64,000 nt of DNA from Alphaproteobacteria bacterium (lineage in GTDB: Bacteria; Pseudomonadota; Alphaproteobacteria; Micavibrionales; Micavibrionaceae), in contig JAJFGV010000008.1 of assembly GCA_021775965.1 (NCBI GenBank), forward strand, positions 4,662 to 68,661, in the 5' to 3' direction. Positions 19,560-29,087 of this stretch are shown here, one piece after another (the stretch's first letter is position 1; the number at the start of each line of letters is the position of its first letter). The notes under the pieces are model-generated. The model saw only the letters and a program-made list of their open reading frames with translations. It made no database searches and was not told where the DNA came from. The position numbers were made by a program, and so were the translations under genes.

Positions 19560-20414
19560 ATGAGTGCACAATCCGAAGACGCGGTGGTAGAAGAACTGGC
19601 AGAAAGCATATCTGTTCGTAGAAAGTTACCTTTCGATTATATTCTGGATATTTTTGAGGCCGTTGGTGCCACCGTGCTTGGTTTTTTTGGTGCCGTCGGC
19701 AGGCTTTCGTCTTTTATCGGCAAGTCTGTGGCGCATTGTTTTTTGCCGCCTTTCTTCCCGGCCCAGCTTGGGCGTCAGATTATTGATATCGGTTATTATT
19801 CCCTGCCTGTCGTTGGCATGACGGCTTTGTTTACCGGCATGGTGCTGGCGCTGCAAAGCTATACTGGTTTTTCCCGCTTTAATGCGGAAGGGGCGGTTGC
19901 CGGGGTTGTTGTTTTGTCGGTGACGCGAGAGCTGGCGCCGGTGCTGGCCGGTTTGATGGTGGCTGGGCGGGTTGGTGCGTCGATTGCTGCCGAGATTGGT
20001 ACGATGCGTGTGACAGAACAAATTGATGCGCTCGCGACCTTATCTGTCAATCCGTTTAAATATCTTATTGCGCCGCGCGTCATTGCCGGGACAATCATGC
20101 TGCCTTTGCTGGTGTTTGTCGGTGATATTATCGGCGTGTTTGGTGGTTATATTGTCGGGATTTATAATCTTGGTTTTTCACCGGGCAGCTATCTTTCGCA
20201 GACCTGGGACACGCTGGAAGCTATGGATGTGATTTCTGGTCTTGTAAAGGCGGGCGTGTTTGGTTTTATCGTGGCGACGATGGGGTGCTATCACGGTTTT
20301 AATTCACAGCGCGGTGCACAAGGTGTTGGCGCGGCGACGACAAACGCAGTTGTTTCGGCTTCGATTTTGATTTTGATTTTCAACTATATTCTGACCCAGG
20401 TGTTTTTCTCATGA
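19560..20414 (+). CDS. mlaE: MlaE-type ABC transporter permease
   Basis: TRELAPVLAGLMVAGRVGASIAAEIGTMRVTEQIDAL signature region. Confidence 0.9.
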   Translation: MSAQSEDAVVEELAESISVRRKLPFDYILDIFEAVGATVLGFFGAVGRLSSFIGKSVAHCFLPPFFPAQLGRQIIDIGYYSLPVVGMTALFTGMVLALQSYTGFSRFNAEGAVAGVVVLSVTRELAPVLAGLMVAGRVGASIAAEIGTMRVTEQIDALATLSVNPFKYLIAPRVIAGTIMLPLLVFVGDIIGVFGGYIVGIYNLGFSPGSYLSQTWDTLEAMDVISGLVKAGVFGFIVATMGCYHGFNSQRGAQGVGAATTNAVVSASILILIFNYILTQVFFS

Positions 20415-21178
20415 GTGATTCCAAGCTTCAACTGATCGGCGTTAAAAAAGCTTTCGGTTCGAAGAAAGTTTTGGAGGGTGTCGACCTTGAGGTGCCGACA
20501 GGAAAGTCGCTGGTTGTGATTGGTGGCTCGGGCACAGGCAAGTCGGTCATGCTGAAATGCGTGCTCGGTCTTTTGCATCCTGATGATGGTACGATCAAGG
20601 TCGATAATCAGGATATAAGCCGTCTGGATGCCAAGGCGCGTGAGCGGATGATGCAAAAATTTGGCATGTTGTTTCAGGGTGCCGCACTGTTTGATTCTAT
20701 GAAAGTTTGGGAAAATGTTGCGTTTGGCCTTGTGCAGGGACGTGGCATGGACCGTAAAAAAGCCCGTAATATTGCGATTGAAAAAATCACAGCTGTTGGC
20801 CTTAAGGCCGAAACCGGCGATCTTTATCCGGCAGAATTATCAGGCGGTATGCAAAAGCGTGTTGGGCTTGCGCGCGCTGTTGCGGCTAGCCCGGAGATTA
20901 TTTTCTTTGATGAGCCGACGACGGGTTTGGACCCGATCATGGCTGATGTCATCAACAAACTGATTGTCGAGCAGGTGAAAGGTCTGGGTGCAACGGCTTT
21001 ATCGATCACCCATGATATGGCGAGCGTGCGCACAATTGCTGATTACGTGGCGATGATCCATGAAGGCACAATCATCTGGACGGGGCCGGTTGAGGATCTT
21101 GATGATTCCGGCAACCCATATGTTGAACAATTTATCCATGGCCGCGCCGACGGACCGATAACGCGGCGTGTTGCTTAG
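20411..21178 (+). CDS. mlaF: MlaF-type ABC transporter ATP-binding protein
   Basis: ATGA overlap with mlaE. GGSGTGKS Walker A, LSGGMQKRVGLARA signature, IIFFDEPT Walker B. Confidence 0.9.
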   Translation: MSDSKLQLIGVKKAFGSKKVLEGVDLEVPTGKSLVVIGGSGTGKSVMLKCVLGLLHPDDGTIKVDNQDISRLDAKARERMMQKFGMLFQGAALFDSMKVWENVAFGLVQGRGMDRKKARNIAIEKITAVGLKAETGDLYPAELSGGMQKRVGLARAVAASPEIIFFDEPTTGLDPIMADVINKLIVEQVKGLGATALSITHDMASVRTIADYVAMIHEGTIIWTGPVEDLDDSGNPYVEQFIHGRADGPITRRVA

Positions 21179-21191
21179 ATAAGACTGGCAA

Positions 21192-23657
21192 ATGAAATAT
21201 CTCTGGTATGCATTTTTGGGACTGTTTTCGCTGGGCTGCCTTGGCTTGATTGCCGGCATTGTTGGCTTCGTTTATATCATTAGTTATTACGGTCAGGACC
21301 TTCCCGATTATTCTCAGCTTAAGGACTATCAGCCGCCGATTGTCACGCGTCTTTATGCCGGTGACGGACGATTGATGACCGAGTTCGCGCAGGAAAAGCG
21401 GGTTTTTGTGCCAATTGATGCCGTGCCGGATCTGGTTAAAAATGCTTTTATTGCTGCCGAGGATAAGAATTTTTATACGCATGAAGGTGTGGATTTTTTA
21501 GCGGTCATGCGGGCGGCTCTTAGCAATGTAAAAAATATGGGCACGGGGCGTAGACCAAAAGGGGCTTCAACCATCACGCAACAGGTGGCAAAGAACTTTC
21601 TGCTGACCAATGAAGTCTCTTATGAGCGGAAAATCAAGGAAGCTATTCTGGCCTATCGTATTGAGCGGGCGCTTACGAAAGAGCGCTTGCTTGAACTTTA
21701 TATGAACGAAATTTATCTGGGTCTTAACTCATATGGCGTGGCGGCGGCGGCGCTTAATTATTTCAACAAATCATTGGAGGAACTGGAGCTGCACGAAGCG
21801 GCGTTTCTCGCGGCTTTGCCGAAGGCACCGAATAACTATCATCCGGTGCGCAAGCATGATGCGGCGCTCACGCGGCGCAACTGGGTGCTGACGCGGATGC
21901 TTGAAGATGGCTATATCACCAGAGCAAAGGCCGATCTTGCGAAGCTGGCACAGCTAAAAATGTCAGAGGATCAGGACCCAGGCATTACCAATGCTGATTA
22001 TTTTGCCGAGGAAGTGCGCCGGGAGCTGAAAGACCGTTATGGTGAGGAAGCCCTTTACGGCGGCGGTCTGGTGACGCGGACAAGCATTGATCCGAAAATG
22101 CAGGACATTGCCATCCGTGTTTTGCGCGAAGGGTTGATGGCATATGACCGTCGTCACGGATGGCGCGGCCCGGTAACGCATATCAAGGATGCTGAGGACT
22201 GGCAGGTGAAATTGCGCAATTACGGCCGGCCTGAATCATTGCTGCCTGAATGGGACATGGCGGTGGTTCTTAAGGTTGAAAACGTCAAAGCCGAAATTGG
22301 TTTTGTCGGTGGTGGTCGTGAGAATTTGCCGCTCAAAGGTGTTGCCTGGGCGCGTAAATGTCTGAGCGATTGTTATGCGCTGGGGCCTGAAATTATTCGG
22401 ATGGACCAGGTTGTTAAAACCGGCGATGTGATTATGGTCGAAAAAGTTCCTGCCAAAGATGCAGAAGGCAACGAAACAAAAGAAAGCACATATGAGCTGC
22501 AGCAAGTGCCGAACATTCAGGGCTCTATTATTGCGCTTGATCCACATACGGGCCGTGTGCTGGCGATGCAGGGTGGCTGGCGTTATGATTCCAGTGAGTT
22601 TAACCGCGCCACACAAGCGCAGCGCCAGCCCGGTTCGGCTTTTAAGCCGTTTGTTTATCTGGCTGCGCTGGAAAACGGGTTTACGCCGGCAACGCTTGTG
22701 CTTGATGCGCCTTTCGTGATTGAGGATCGTCCGGGTAATATCTGGAAGCCAACCAATTATTCCAATGATTTTTATGGCCCGACGCCCATTCGTGTTGGCG
22801 TAGAAAAATCACGGAACCTGATGACGGTGCGCCTGGCTGATTATATCGGCATGGAAAAAATATCTGATTATGCGGAGCGCTATGGTATTACCGATGACAT
22901 GCCGCCGCTATTGGCCAATGCACTCGGTTCGGGCGAGACGACGTTGCTACAGTTAACCGCGGCTTACGCAATGTTGGTCAATGGCGGTAAAAAAGTAACG
23001 CCGACTTTTATTGACCGTATCCAGGATCGTCGTGGTCTGACCGTGTTTAAACATGACAAGCGACCTTGTGAGGGTTGTGGTCATTTGGTGCGTTGGGAAG
23101 ATCAGGATGTTCCTGATGTTCCTGATATTCGTGAGCAGCTGGCCGATCCGAAAACATCATACCAGATTGTTTCAATCCTTGAAGGTGTGGTCCAACGCGG
23201 TACTGGCGTTCGTATTAAATCACTGGGAAGGACGCTGGCGGGCAAGACGGGCACGACGAATGAATCCAAAGATACATGGTTTATTGGTTTTTCCCCTGAT
23301 TTGGTGGTTGGCGTTTTCGCTGGTTTTGACGATCCTAAATCTTTGGGAAAACGTGAGACAGGGTCATCGGTTTCTGTGCCGATTTTTAAAGCCTTTATGG
23401 AAGCAGCGCTGGAAGGGCAGCCGCCTTCGCCATTTAGAATTCCGCCCGGCATCAAGCAGGTGCAAATTAATGCTGCGACCGGTGTGCGCGCTCGCCCGGG
23501 TGATCAGCGTGTGATCTGGGAGGCGTTTGTGGCTGGCAGCGAACCAACGGAAGAGATGTTTATTCTTGATGGGCGCGGTATCAACACCGTGCCGGAATCG
23601 ACCGGCAATGACAACGTCGGTGAATCGGCAACGACCGGCACGGGTGGAATTTATTAA
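21192..23657 (+). CDS. mrcA: penicillin-binding protein 1A (bifunctional transglycosylase/transpeptidase)
   Basis: AEDKNFYTHEGVD and RKIKE GT51 motifs; SAFKPF (SxxK) and KTGTT transpeptidase motifs. Confidence 0.95.
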   Translation: MKYLWYAFLGLFSLGCLGLIAGIVGFVYIISYYGQDLPDYSQLKDYQPPIVTRLYAGDGRLMTEFAQEKRVFVPIDAVPDLVKNAFIAAEDKNFYTHEGVDFLAVMRAALSNVKNMGTGRRPKGASTITQQVAKNFLLTNEVSYERKIKEAILAYRIERALTKERLLELYMNEIYLGLNSYGVAAAALNYFNKSLEELELHEAAFLAALPKAPNNYHPVRKHDAALTRRNWVLTRMLEDGYITRAKADLAKLAQLKMSEDQDPGITNADYFAEEVRRELKDRYGEEALYGGGLVTRTSIDPKMQDIAIRVLREGLMAYDRRHGWRGPVTHIKDAEDWQVKLRNYGRPESLLPEWDMAVVLKVENVKAEIGFVGGGRENLPLKGVAWARKCLSDCYALGPEIIRMDQVVKTGDVIMVEKVPAKDAEGNETKESTYELQQVPNIQGSIIALDPHTGRVLAMQGGWRYDSSEFNRATQAQRQPGSAFKPFVYLAALENGFTPATLVLDAPFVIEDRPGNIWKPTNYSNDFYGPTPIRVGVEKSRNLMTVRLADYIGMEKISDYAERYGITDDMPPLLANALGSGETTLLQLTAAYAMLVNGGKKVTPTFIDRIQDRRGLTVFKHDKRPCEGCGHLVRWEDQDVPDVPDIREQLADPKTSYQIVSILEGVVQRGTGVRIKSLGRTLAGKTGTTNESKDTWFIGFSPDLVVGVFAGFDDPKSLGKRETGSSVSVPIFKAFMEAALEGQPPSPFRIPPGIKQVQINAATGVRARPGDQRVIWEAFVAGSEPTEEMFILDGRGINTVPESTGNDNVGESATTGTGGIY

Positions 23658-23674
23658 TTTTATTTACCGAGATT

Positions 23675-23695
23675 AATGGAGCGAGTGAAGAGATT
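23675..23695. repeat. distal att repeat (copy of the tRNA-Gly 3' end)
   Basis: AATGGAGCGAGTGAAGAGATT is identical to 34977-34997. Confidence 0.9.
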
Positions 23696-23808
23696 GGGCT
23701 TCGCCCCTTGTCCTTACTCTACACTTTGTTCCGAGAAGGCCGGATTTCCTATACTTTCACAGATACTTACGTCTTAACGCATAATACCTATAACCTCTCA
23801 AATTATAG

Positions 23809-23833
23809 CATTGCAGTAGCACTCGCAGTAGCA
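23809..23833. repeat. 25-bp arm repeat, left copy (tandem GCAGTAGCA motif)
   Basis: CATTGCAGTAGCACTCGCAGTAGCA is identical to 34877-34901. Internally it is a tandem 12-bp motif, GCAGTAGCACTC then GCAGTAGCA. Confidence 0.85.
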
Positions 23834-24077
23834 CTAATTGAAAAAATATGGAGTCACCTGCCGGATTCGAGCTCAGGGTATGAAGCCATATTCAGAAGGG
23901 GGGGTAGGAAGAATTGGGGGTGGTCGGTTTGTTAAGATAAGGCCTGCTGGAATTTTTAGTGTATTTTTCAGAATAATTATTTTCTTAAAAGCTTGCGCCG
24001 GCAATGCTATTTTAGGTAAGACTCACTTATAAGTTGAAAAACGTAACTAGCCTAGCTTTTTCGGACGGAGAAAAATT

Positions 24078-25943
24078 ATGAGTTTCGATATAAACAAATT
24101 CAAAGCAGAAAAACATTTAAGCAATAGGTATGCAAAAAGAATTCAGGCCTTAAAAGATAAAGGTAGGCAAACAGACTGCATAGAAAAGACCGTTAATGAA
24201 TCTGTGGAAAACATTCAGGGTAGCGGGCGCTCATTCATAGTTTATGGGGAACCCCAAAGCGGTAAGACAGAAATGATGATTGCCCTTACAGCCAAGCTGC
24301 TGGATGAGGGGCACAAAATAATTATTCATCTGCTGAATGACAATGTTTCTCTTTTGGAACAAAACTTATTAAGATTTCAACAGTCGGGACTTTCTCCTGC
24401 TCCATACAATTTTCTAGAAATCATGGATCCTGTTATTGAGATTGGGGATAAGGAATGGGTGATCTTCTGTAAGAAAAATGGGAGCAACCTTAGAAAACTT
24501 ATAGAAAAAGTAGGTCATATAGGTGGCAAGATCATTATTGATGATGAGGCGGATTATGCTTCCCCTAATGCAAAAATAAATAAGGAGGGGGAAAAAACAC
24601 CGATAAACGAACTGATTGAAACTCTTTTAAAAAATGGAGGCACATACGTTGGTGTCACAGCAACGCCGGCAAGGCTTAATCTAAATAGTACGTTTGAAAA
24701 TGACCATACGAAATGGGTGGATTTTCTCCCTCATAGTAAATACACAGGTCAAGACACATTTTTTCCCATCACACATAGCTGTGAATTTGGTATGACGTTT
24801 GTTCCAGATGGTGCTGGTGACGATCCTAAATGGTGCCGTAATGCCTTGTTTGGTTTTATGGTGAATGTCGCATATTTAAATTTGCATCCTGAGATACATG
24901 GAGAAGAAAACTATAGCTTTCTTGTTCATACAAGCGGGAAGAAGGCAGACCATAAGATTGATTATCAAACCATACAAAAAGTGTTTGGTACTTTGTCGGA
25001 CACAAGCGACAAGAATTTTGCTAAGTACGTTGAAAAAGTGTGGGCATTAGCTAATAAGCGTTATCCCGGCGAGGCGGATAAGATTACAGATTATATTTTA
25101 GAGAACATAGGACGCCGGAATACTGTTGTTATGAACAGCGCTAAAGAGTTTGAAAAAAATCACAAAAGTGCCACTTCTCCTTCAACGATCTTTACTATTG
25201 TCATCGGTGGTAATATCGTTTCCAGAGGTATGACCTTTGATAATCTTCTGTCAATGTATTTTACTCGTGACGTTAAGCATAAAATTCAGCAGGATACTTA
25301 TATCCAGCGAGCGCGTATGTTTGGTACCCGCGATTACCTCCCTTATTTCGAGCTTACAATTCCCGAGAACCTCTATTTAGACTGGCATAGGTGTTTTATC
25401 TTTCATAGGCTTGCCCTTGCGGCCGTCCGTGCTGGAAACGCACCCGTATGGCTGGAAAGTAAGAGAATTTCTGCTGCAGCATCTGCGAGTGTGGACAAAT
25501 TGAATGTTTCTATAGATGCAGGTGAGATGAGCTACGGCATTTTTGATTACAATGGCGTTAAGACGGATGCAGAAGGCATAGTGAGTTCGGAAGACAGTAA
25601 TATTTCTAAACTAGAAAAGCTGCAGAGTTTGTTGGGAGAGGAGAATTTCCCCGCATACGTGCTCTCCTATATTCGAGAATTTAGTCCGCAGGGCGATAAT
25701 TCAATTACGCTTCATTCCTCACATTCCATTGCGAATATGCACGATGCTGATCAGCAAAACATCAGTCGTAAAAGAGGTTTTATGGGTGGTGCTAATTTCT
25801 CAAAGAACTCACCGGTAGCACATCATTTAAGGATTTCTCACAATGCGATAGGGCAGGCTCGTTTGTTCTATAAGTATAACGGCAGCATAAAGTTCCTGAA
25901 AAATTTCAAGACCATCAAAGGGCCGAAAGAAAAAGCTGCGTGA
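24078..25943 (+). CDS. Z1-domain NTPase (SF2-helicase-like), putative restriction/defence component
   Basis: GEPQSGKT Walker A, IIIDDEADYASP DEAD-like box, GVTATPAR motif III. Then IVSRGMTFDNLLSMYFTR...DTYIQRARMFGTRDY, which matches the remembered Z1 pattern (SRGLTLEGL..SYF.R....DTL.QMGRWFGYR). Confidence 0.7.
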   Translation: MSFDINKFKAEKHLSNRYAKRIQALKDKGRQTDCIEKTVNESVENIQGSGRSFIVYGEPQSGKTEMMIALTAKLLDEGHKIIIHLLNDNVSLLEQNLLRFQQSGLSPAPYNFLEIMDPVIEIGDKEWVIFCKKNGSNLRKLIEKVGHIGGKIIIDDEADYASPNAKINKEGEKTPINELIETLLKNGGTYVGVTATPARLNLNSTFENDHTKWVDFLPHSKYTGQDTFFPITHSCEFGMTFVPDGAGDDPKWCRNALFGFMVNVAYLNLHPEIHGEENYSFLVHTSGKKADHKIDYQTIQKVFGTLSDTSDKNFAKYVEKVWALANKRYPGEADKITDYILENIGRRNTVVMNSAKEFEKNHKSATSPSTIFTIVIGGNIVSRGMTFDNLLSMYFTRDVKHKIQQDTYIQRARMFGTRDYLPYFELTIPENLYLDWHRCFIFHRLALAAVRAGNAPVWLESKRISAAASASVDKLNVSIDAGEMSYGIFDYNGVKTDAEGIVSSEDSNISKLEKLQSLLGEENFPAYVLSYIREFSPQGDNSITLHSSHSIANMHDADQQNISRKRGFMGGANFSKNSPVAHHLRISHNAIGQARLFYKYNGSIKFLKNFKTIKGPKEKAA

Positions 25944-26461
25944 CAAAGGAATTTGAACAATACCACGGTGTCGTATTTTCGCGCTTGTTGCACGCTTCTC
26001 CTGAACCTTTGTGTTTTAAATTTTATCCAACAAAAAGCAACTCATCTTACGTAATCAATGATGTGGCAGGCCTCTATATCAAACATTCTACGAAGCGCGT
26101 CTCACCGTGGCGGTTCACTTTTTCTAAAGCTCACCAAGATGAGATTTTTGAAATGTATGAAACGTTCGGAGAAGTCTTTGCGGCCTTTGTTTGTCACCAT
26201 GATGGTGTCGCCGTTCTCAATTTCGAAGAATTAAAGCAAATACTTGATGAAAACCATGAAGATTCTGAGTGGGTCAGCGTGGCAAGACGCCGGCGGGGCC
26301 AGTACACTGTCGCAGGTACAGATGGAAAATTAAGTTTTAAAATTACCCAAAAAACTTGCCCCGATAAAATTCTTGAATATTTAGCGGTTAATTCGCAAAA
26401 GTCTGGACAATCTCGTAGCGCATCCTTTTTCCCAAAGACTCTTTCTTTCCTTTCGGGATAG
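25940..26461 (+). CDS. hypothetical protein translationally coupled to the Z1 gene
   Basis: GTGA start/stop overlap with the Z1 ORF, 173 aa. No motif recognised. The 3' end overlaps the convergent methyltransferase by 74 bp. Confidence 0.5.
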   Translation: MTKEFEQYHGVVFSRLLHASPEPLCFKFYPTKSNSSYVINDVAGLYIKHSTKRVSPWRFTFSKAHQDEIFEMYETFGEVFAAFVCHHDGVAVLNFEELKQILDENHEDSEWVSVARRRRGQYTVAGTDGKLSFKITQKTCPDKILEYLAVNSQKSGQSRSASFFPKTLSFLSG

Positions 26462-27575
26462 GCAGGTATCTTCTGTTTTCAGGCAATTCGCGCTTTTGGG
26501 AATCAATAAGATTCAAGTCGAAAATGCTTCCTGCACGCTCAAATATTTTTGAATTCTCAATATAGGTTCCTTGCAAACAAGAATTACCTACAACAAAGAC
26601 TGCCTTCCCTTTTTTGTTAAGAACCCTTGAAACTTCAGACATAAGGCCGATAGCATCACCAATATAACGCTCTATCATTTTAATCTGCCTTTTGGGTAGG
26701 CTTTCTTCCGTCACTATCTCTTCCCTAATTTCTTTTATAATATCATCGTTTTTGCACTTCTCTTTTGCCTTTTCTGCTCCAACAGAAATAGATCGGATAC
26801 CTCGAATTTCAGGAATCGTATACCCAAACCACACCAGCGAAAATTTATGGCCCCTAAGATAGTCTATTGCATTAAGGTATGGGGGAGACGTTATAACAGC
26901 ATCTATTGATTTATCTTTTATGCTGTCCAAAAATCGGGCATCACCAAGTGAGACGTTTGCTTTTCCAATTTCTTTACCTTCGAACGAAAGCTGTTTAACC
27001 AATTTTTCAACGGAGCTTTTATATCCTGCGAATACATCATAATCATTTTCCTCTCTAACTTTGTGCGGTCGACTGTGTGATATATCCCACGCTAAAGAAG
27101 CCCCAACTTTTTTTGTGATAATGATGCGGCTCAACGCTAACTTCAAAGCATCAACTATTTCACGATCTTTGCCTTGTTTTTCGTACTTGTGCAGGAAGTA
27201 TGCAATTTTTTTAAGGTCTCTCTTTTGGGGGTTACTAAACCAAAAATCTATGAATTCTCTTGTTTCTTTATCTTTATCAATCCAAGGCAGCTCAATATCG
27301 CTTAACCGGGCATTGGACGCGTTTGTTATTAATCGGTCAAACTTCTTTTCAAGTTTCTCTAGGTCAATTTTACGTGTCCATACGTTTGAAATAAGAACAG
27401 CCAGAGGATCGAGATCATAACCATAAGCATCATGACCTTGCATAACCGCTTCTCTCAAAACTGTTCCCGATCCTGTCATGGGATCAAGAACTTTAGCACC
27501 ACTAGGTAAATCGGATATTGCCTTTAAAGCTATTTCAGGTGCCATACGGGCAGGAAAGGGGTGAATTGCGCGCAT
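26388..27575 (-). CDS. DNA methyltransferase (N4-cytosine or N6-adenine; SPPY motif IV)
   Basis: HPFPARMAPE N-terminus, VLDPMTGSGT AdoMet motif I at aa 29-38, ITSPPYLNAIDY motif IV at aa ~229-240. Confidence 0.85.
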   Translation of the reverse strand: MRAIHPFPARMAPEIALKAISDLPSGAKVLDPMTGSGTVLREAVMQGHDAYGYDLDPLAVLISNVWTRKIDLEKLEKKFDRLITNASNARLSDIELPWIDKDKETREFIDFWFSNPQKRDLKKIAYFLHKYEKQGKDREIVDALKLALSRIIITKKVGASLAWDISHSRPHKVREENDYDVFAGYKSSVEKLVKQLSFEGKEIGKANVSLGDARFLDSIKDKSIDAVITSPPYLNAIDYLRGHKFSLVWFGYTIPEIRGIRSISVGAEKAKEKCKNDDIIKEIREEIVTEESLPKRQIKMIERYIGDAIGLMSEVSRVLNKKGKAVFVVGNSCLQGTYIENSKIFERAGSIFDLNLIDSQKRELPENRRYLPIPKGKKESLGKRMRYEIVQTFAN

Positions 27576-28480
27576 TTAAAATTTCCGTGTCAACTACAGA
27601 TGGTATTGACACTAGCAAAACCAACAGTTCGTTGAAAGCTTGTTTATTGATTAAGTCTTTATTTTTATGAGGATTTTGTAGAGAAATGACAAAACTACAT
27701 AAACACTACATCACACTCCATATAGGTAAGACCAATAAACCAAGGAAAACGGGGGAAATAGCCATATATAAGGGCTATATAACTACGATCCTGCCAAACA
27801 CGCAGTGTATTTTTGTCCATTCAAAGGCTCTTGGGTGGCCCCATCCATAATGTTTTACCGAAATCGCCCTAAGACTGTATGTGTAAACAGTTAGAAGCTT
27901 GTCGGTCAGGCTTTATGGAGTAAGTATAATTTTAAGAGTAAGAAGGAAAAGTAAACAGCAGTAAATGGTTTTTTTGTTTTGTTATTTTTAGTTTTACTTC
28001 CCCATTCACCCCCCATCACCTAGGGAGACACAGATTTATTCCCCCCCTAAGAAACTAAGAATAAAAAATAGATACACTGGTAGTATATCTTTCTTAGTCC
28101 CTTAAAGGGGAGGTATGATTGTTTGTGTGTCTTCACCTGAGGGCTTTACACATCATCTAGTAATTGAATCTCAAACGGCTAAGGGCAGTGACCATTATTC
28201 CCTGTCCATCGATTCAGTATCCACTGTCACGGTTACAATTATAAATAATTGAGCATACTTAGGAGCCATTACTAGCGACCCATAAGCATCCAAAGTTGTT
28301 ACGCCTAGAACATTGCTTTGGTTCTTTTCATTCCTGTGATCTTGTTCTTTTGAGGGGTGGTGGTCTATGGCTAGTAACTTAAGCTCTTAACCCACCGATC
28401 TTTGTTTAAACAGGCTACTGCCCTCTGTTTTATTGAACTATTTAACTTCTATTACGTCTATTATACAGCATTCAATCTGG

Positions 28481-28545
28481 CTATACCAAACCCACGAAAT
28501 GTGAATATGGCCCGTTTGGTATAGGGGCTGTGAACTTGGTATAAT
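28481..28545 (+). promoter_or_regulatory. candidate promoter with overlapping inverted-repeat operator upstream of the AlpA-like gene
   Basis: CTATACCAAAC (28481-28491) and GTTTGGTATAG (28514-28524) form a perfect 11-bp inverted repeat. A third TTGGTATA half-site overlaps a perfect TATAAT at 28540-28545. TTGGTA at 28516-28521 gives an 18-bp spacer. Confidence 0.45.
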
Positions 28546-28611
28546 ATAGGTAAATTCAATTGATTTTACGCATAGTAACGCAAATAAGCGCTAGAAAGGC
28601 GCTCTAATATC

Positions 28612-28845
28612 ATGGACAAAAAAGAAGTCTCTCAAAACAAAATGAAGCTGCTAAACGATCACTCACTTGCAGAGCTATTGGACGTATCAGTGGCATGGGT
28701 TCGCCTACAAAAGCACCTCAGGAAGTATGGCAAAGAGCACTCTCTCGGTGTTGATCCTATTCTCATCGGTAAAACCAGACGCTACAGGTTATCCGATGTA
28801 GAAGCGTGGTTGGCTAAACAGGAGCATGAACAGGCTGCTAATTAA
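28612..28845 (+). CDS. AlpA/excisionase-family (MerR-like) helix-turn-helix protein
   Basis: 77 aa. LLNDHSLAELLDVSVAWVR...RRYRLSDVEAWL matches the pattern of prophage AlpA/Xis DNA-binding proteins. Confidence 0.7.
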   Translation: MDKKEVSQNKMKLLNDHSLAELLDVSVAWVRLQKHLRKYGKEHSLGVDPILIGKTRRYRLSDVEAWLAKQEHEQAAN

Positions 28846-29087
28846 GTGCCCTTTCCTGACTCGCAGAAGGTCACTGCGTCCAGTTTAATTCCATAATGGT
28901 AGTGGGGTAGCCTTGAAAAAAGAACGAGTCACCGAGCTTCCACGGGCAAAGAAGAGTCACTTTTATTTCTGAGGAATAACAACGAGAAACCACTAAAAAC
29001 AAACAGCATTCTAAAGTGGTCTTGGTAAGGGTATTGAGGAATTTAATTATATATTAGGGAGGTAGTAAATGAATAGTTGATTTGGTA

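Noticed and set aside
23708-24032. Two overlapping 64-75-aa ORFs at the left end of the island.
   Set aside because: They have no RBS or motif and overlap each other. The region carries the att and arm repeats and is more plausibly non-coding recombination or regulatory DNA.
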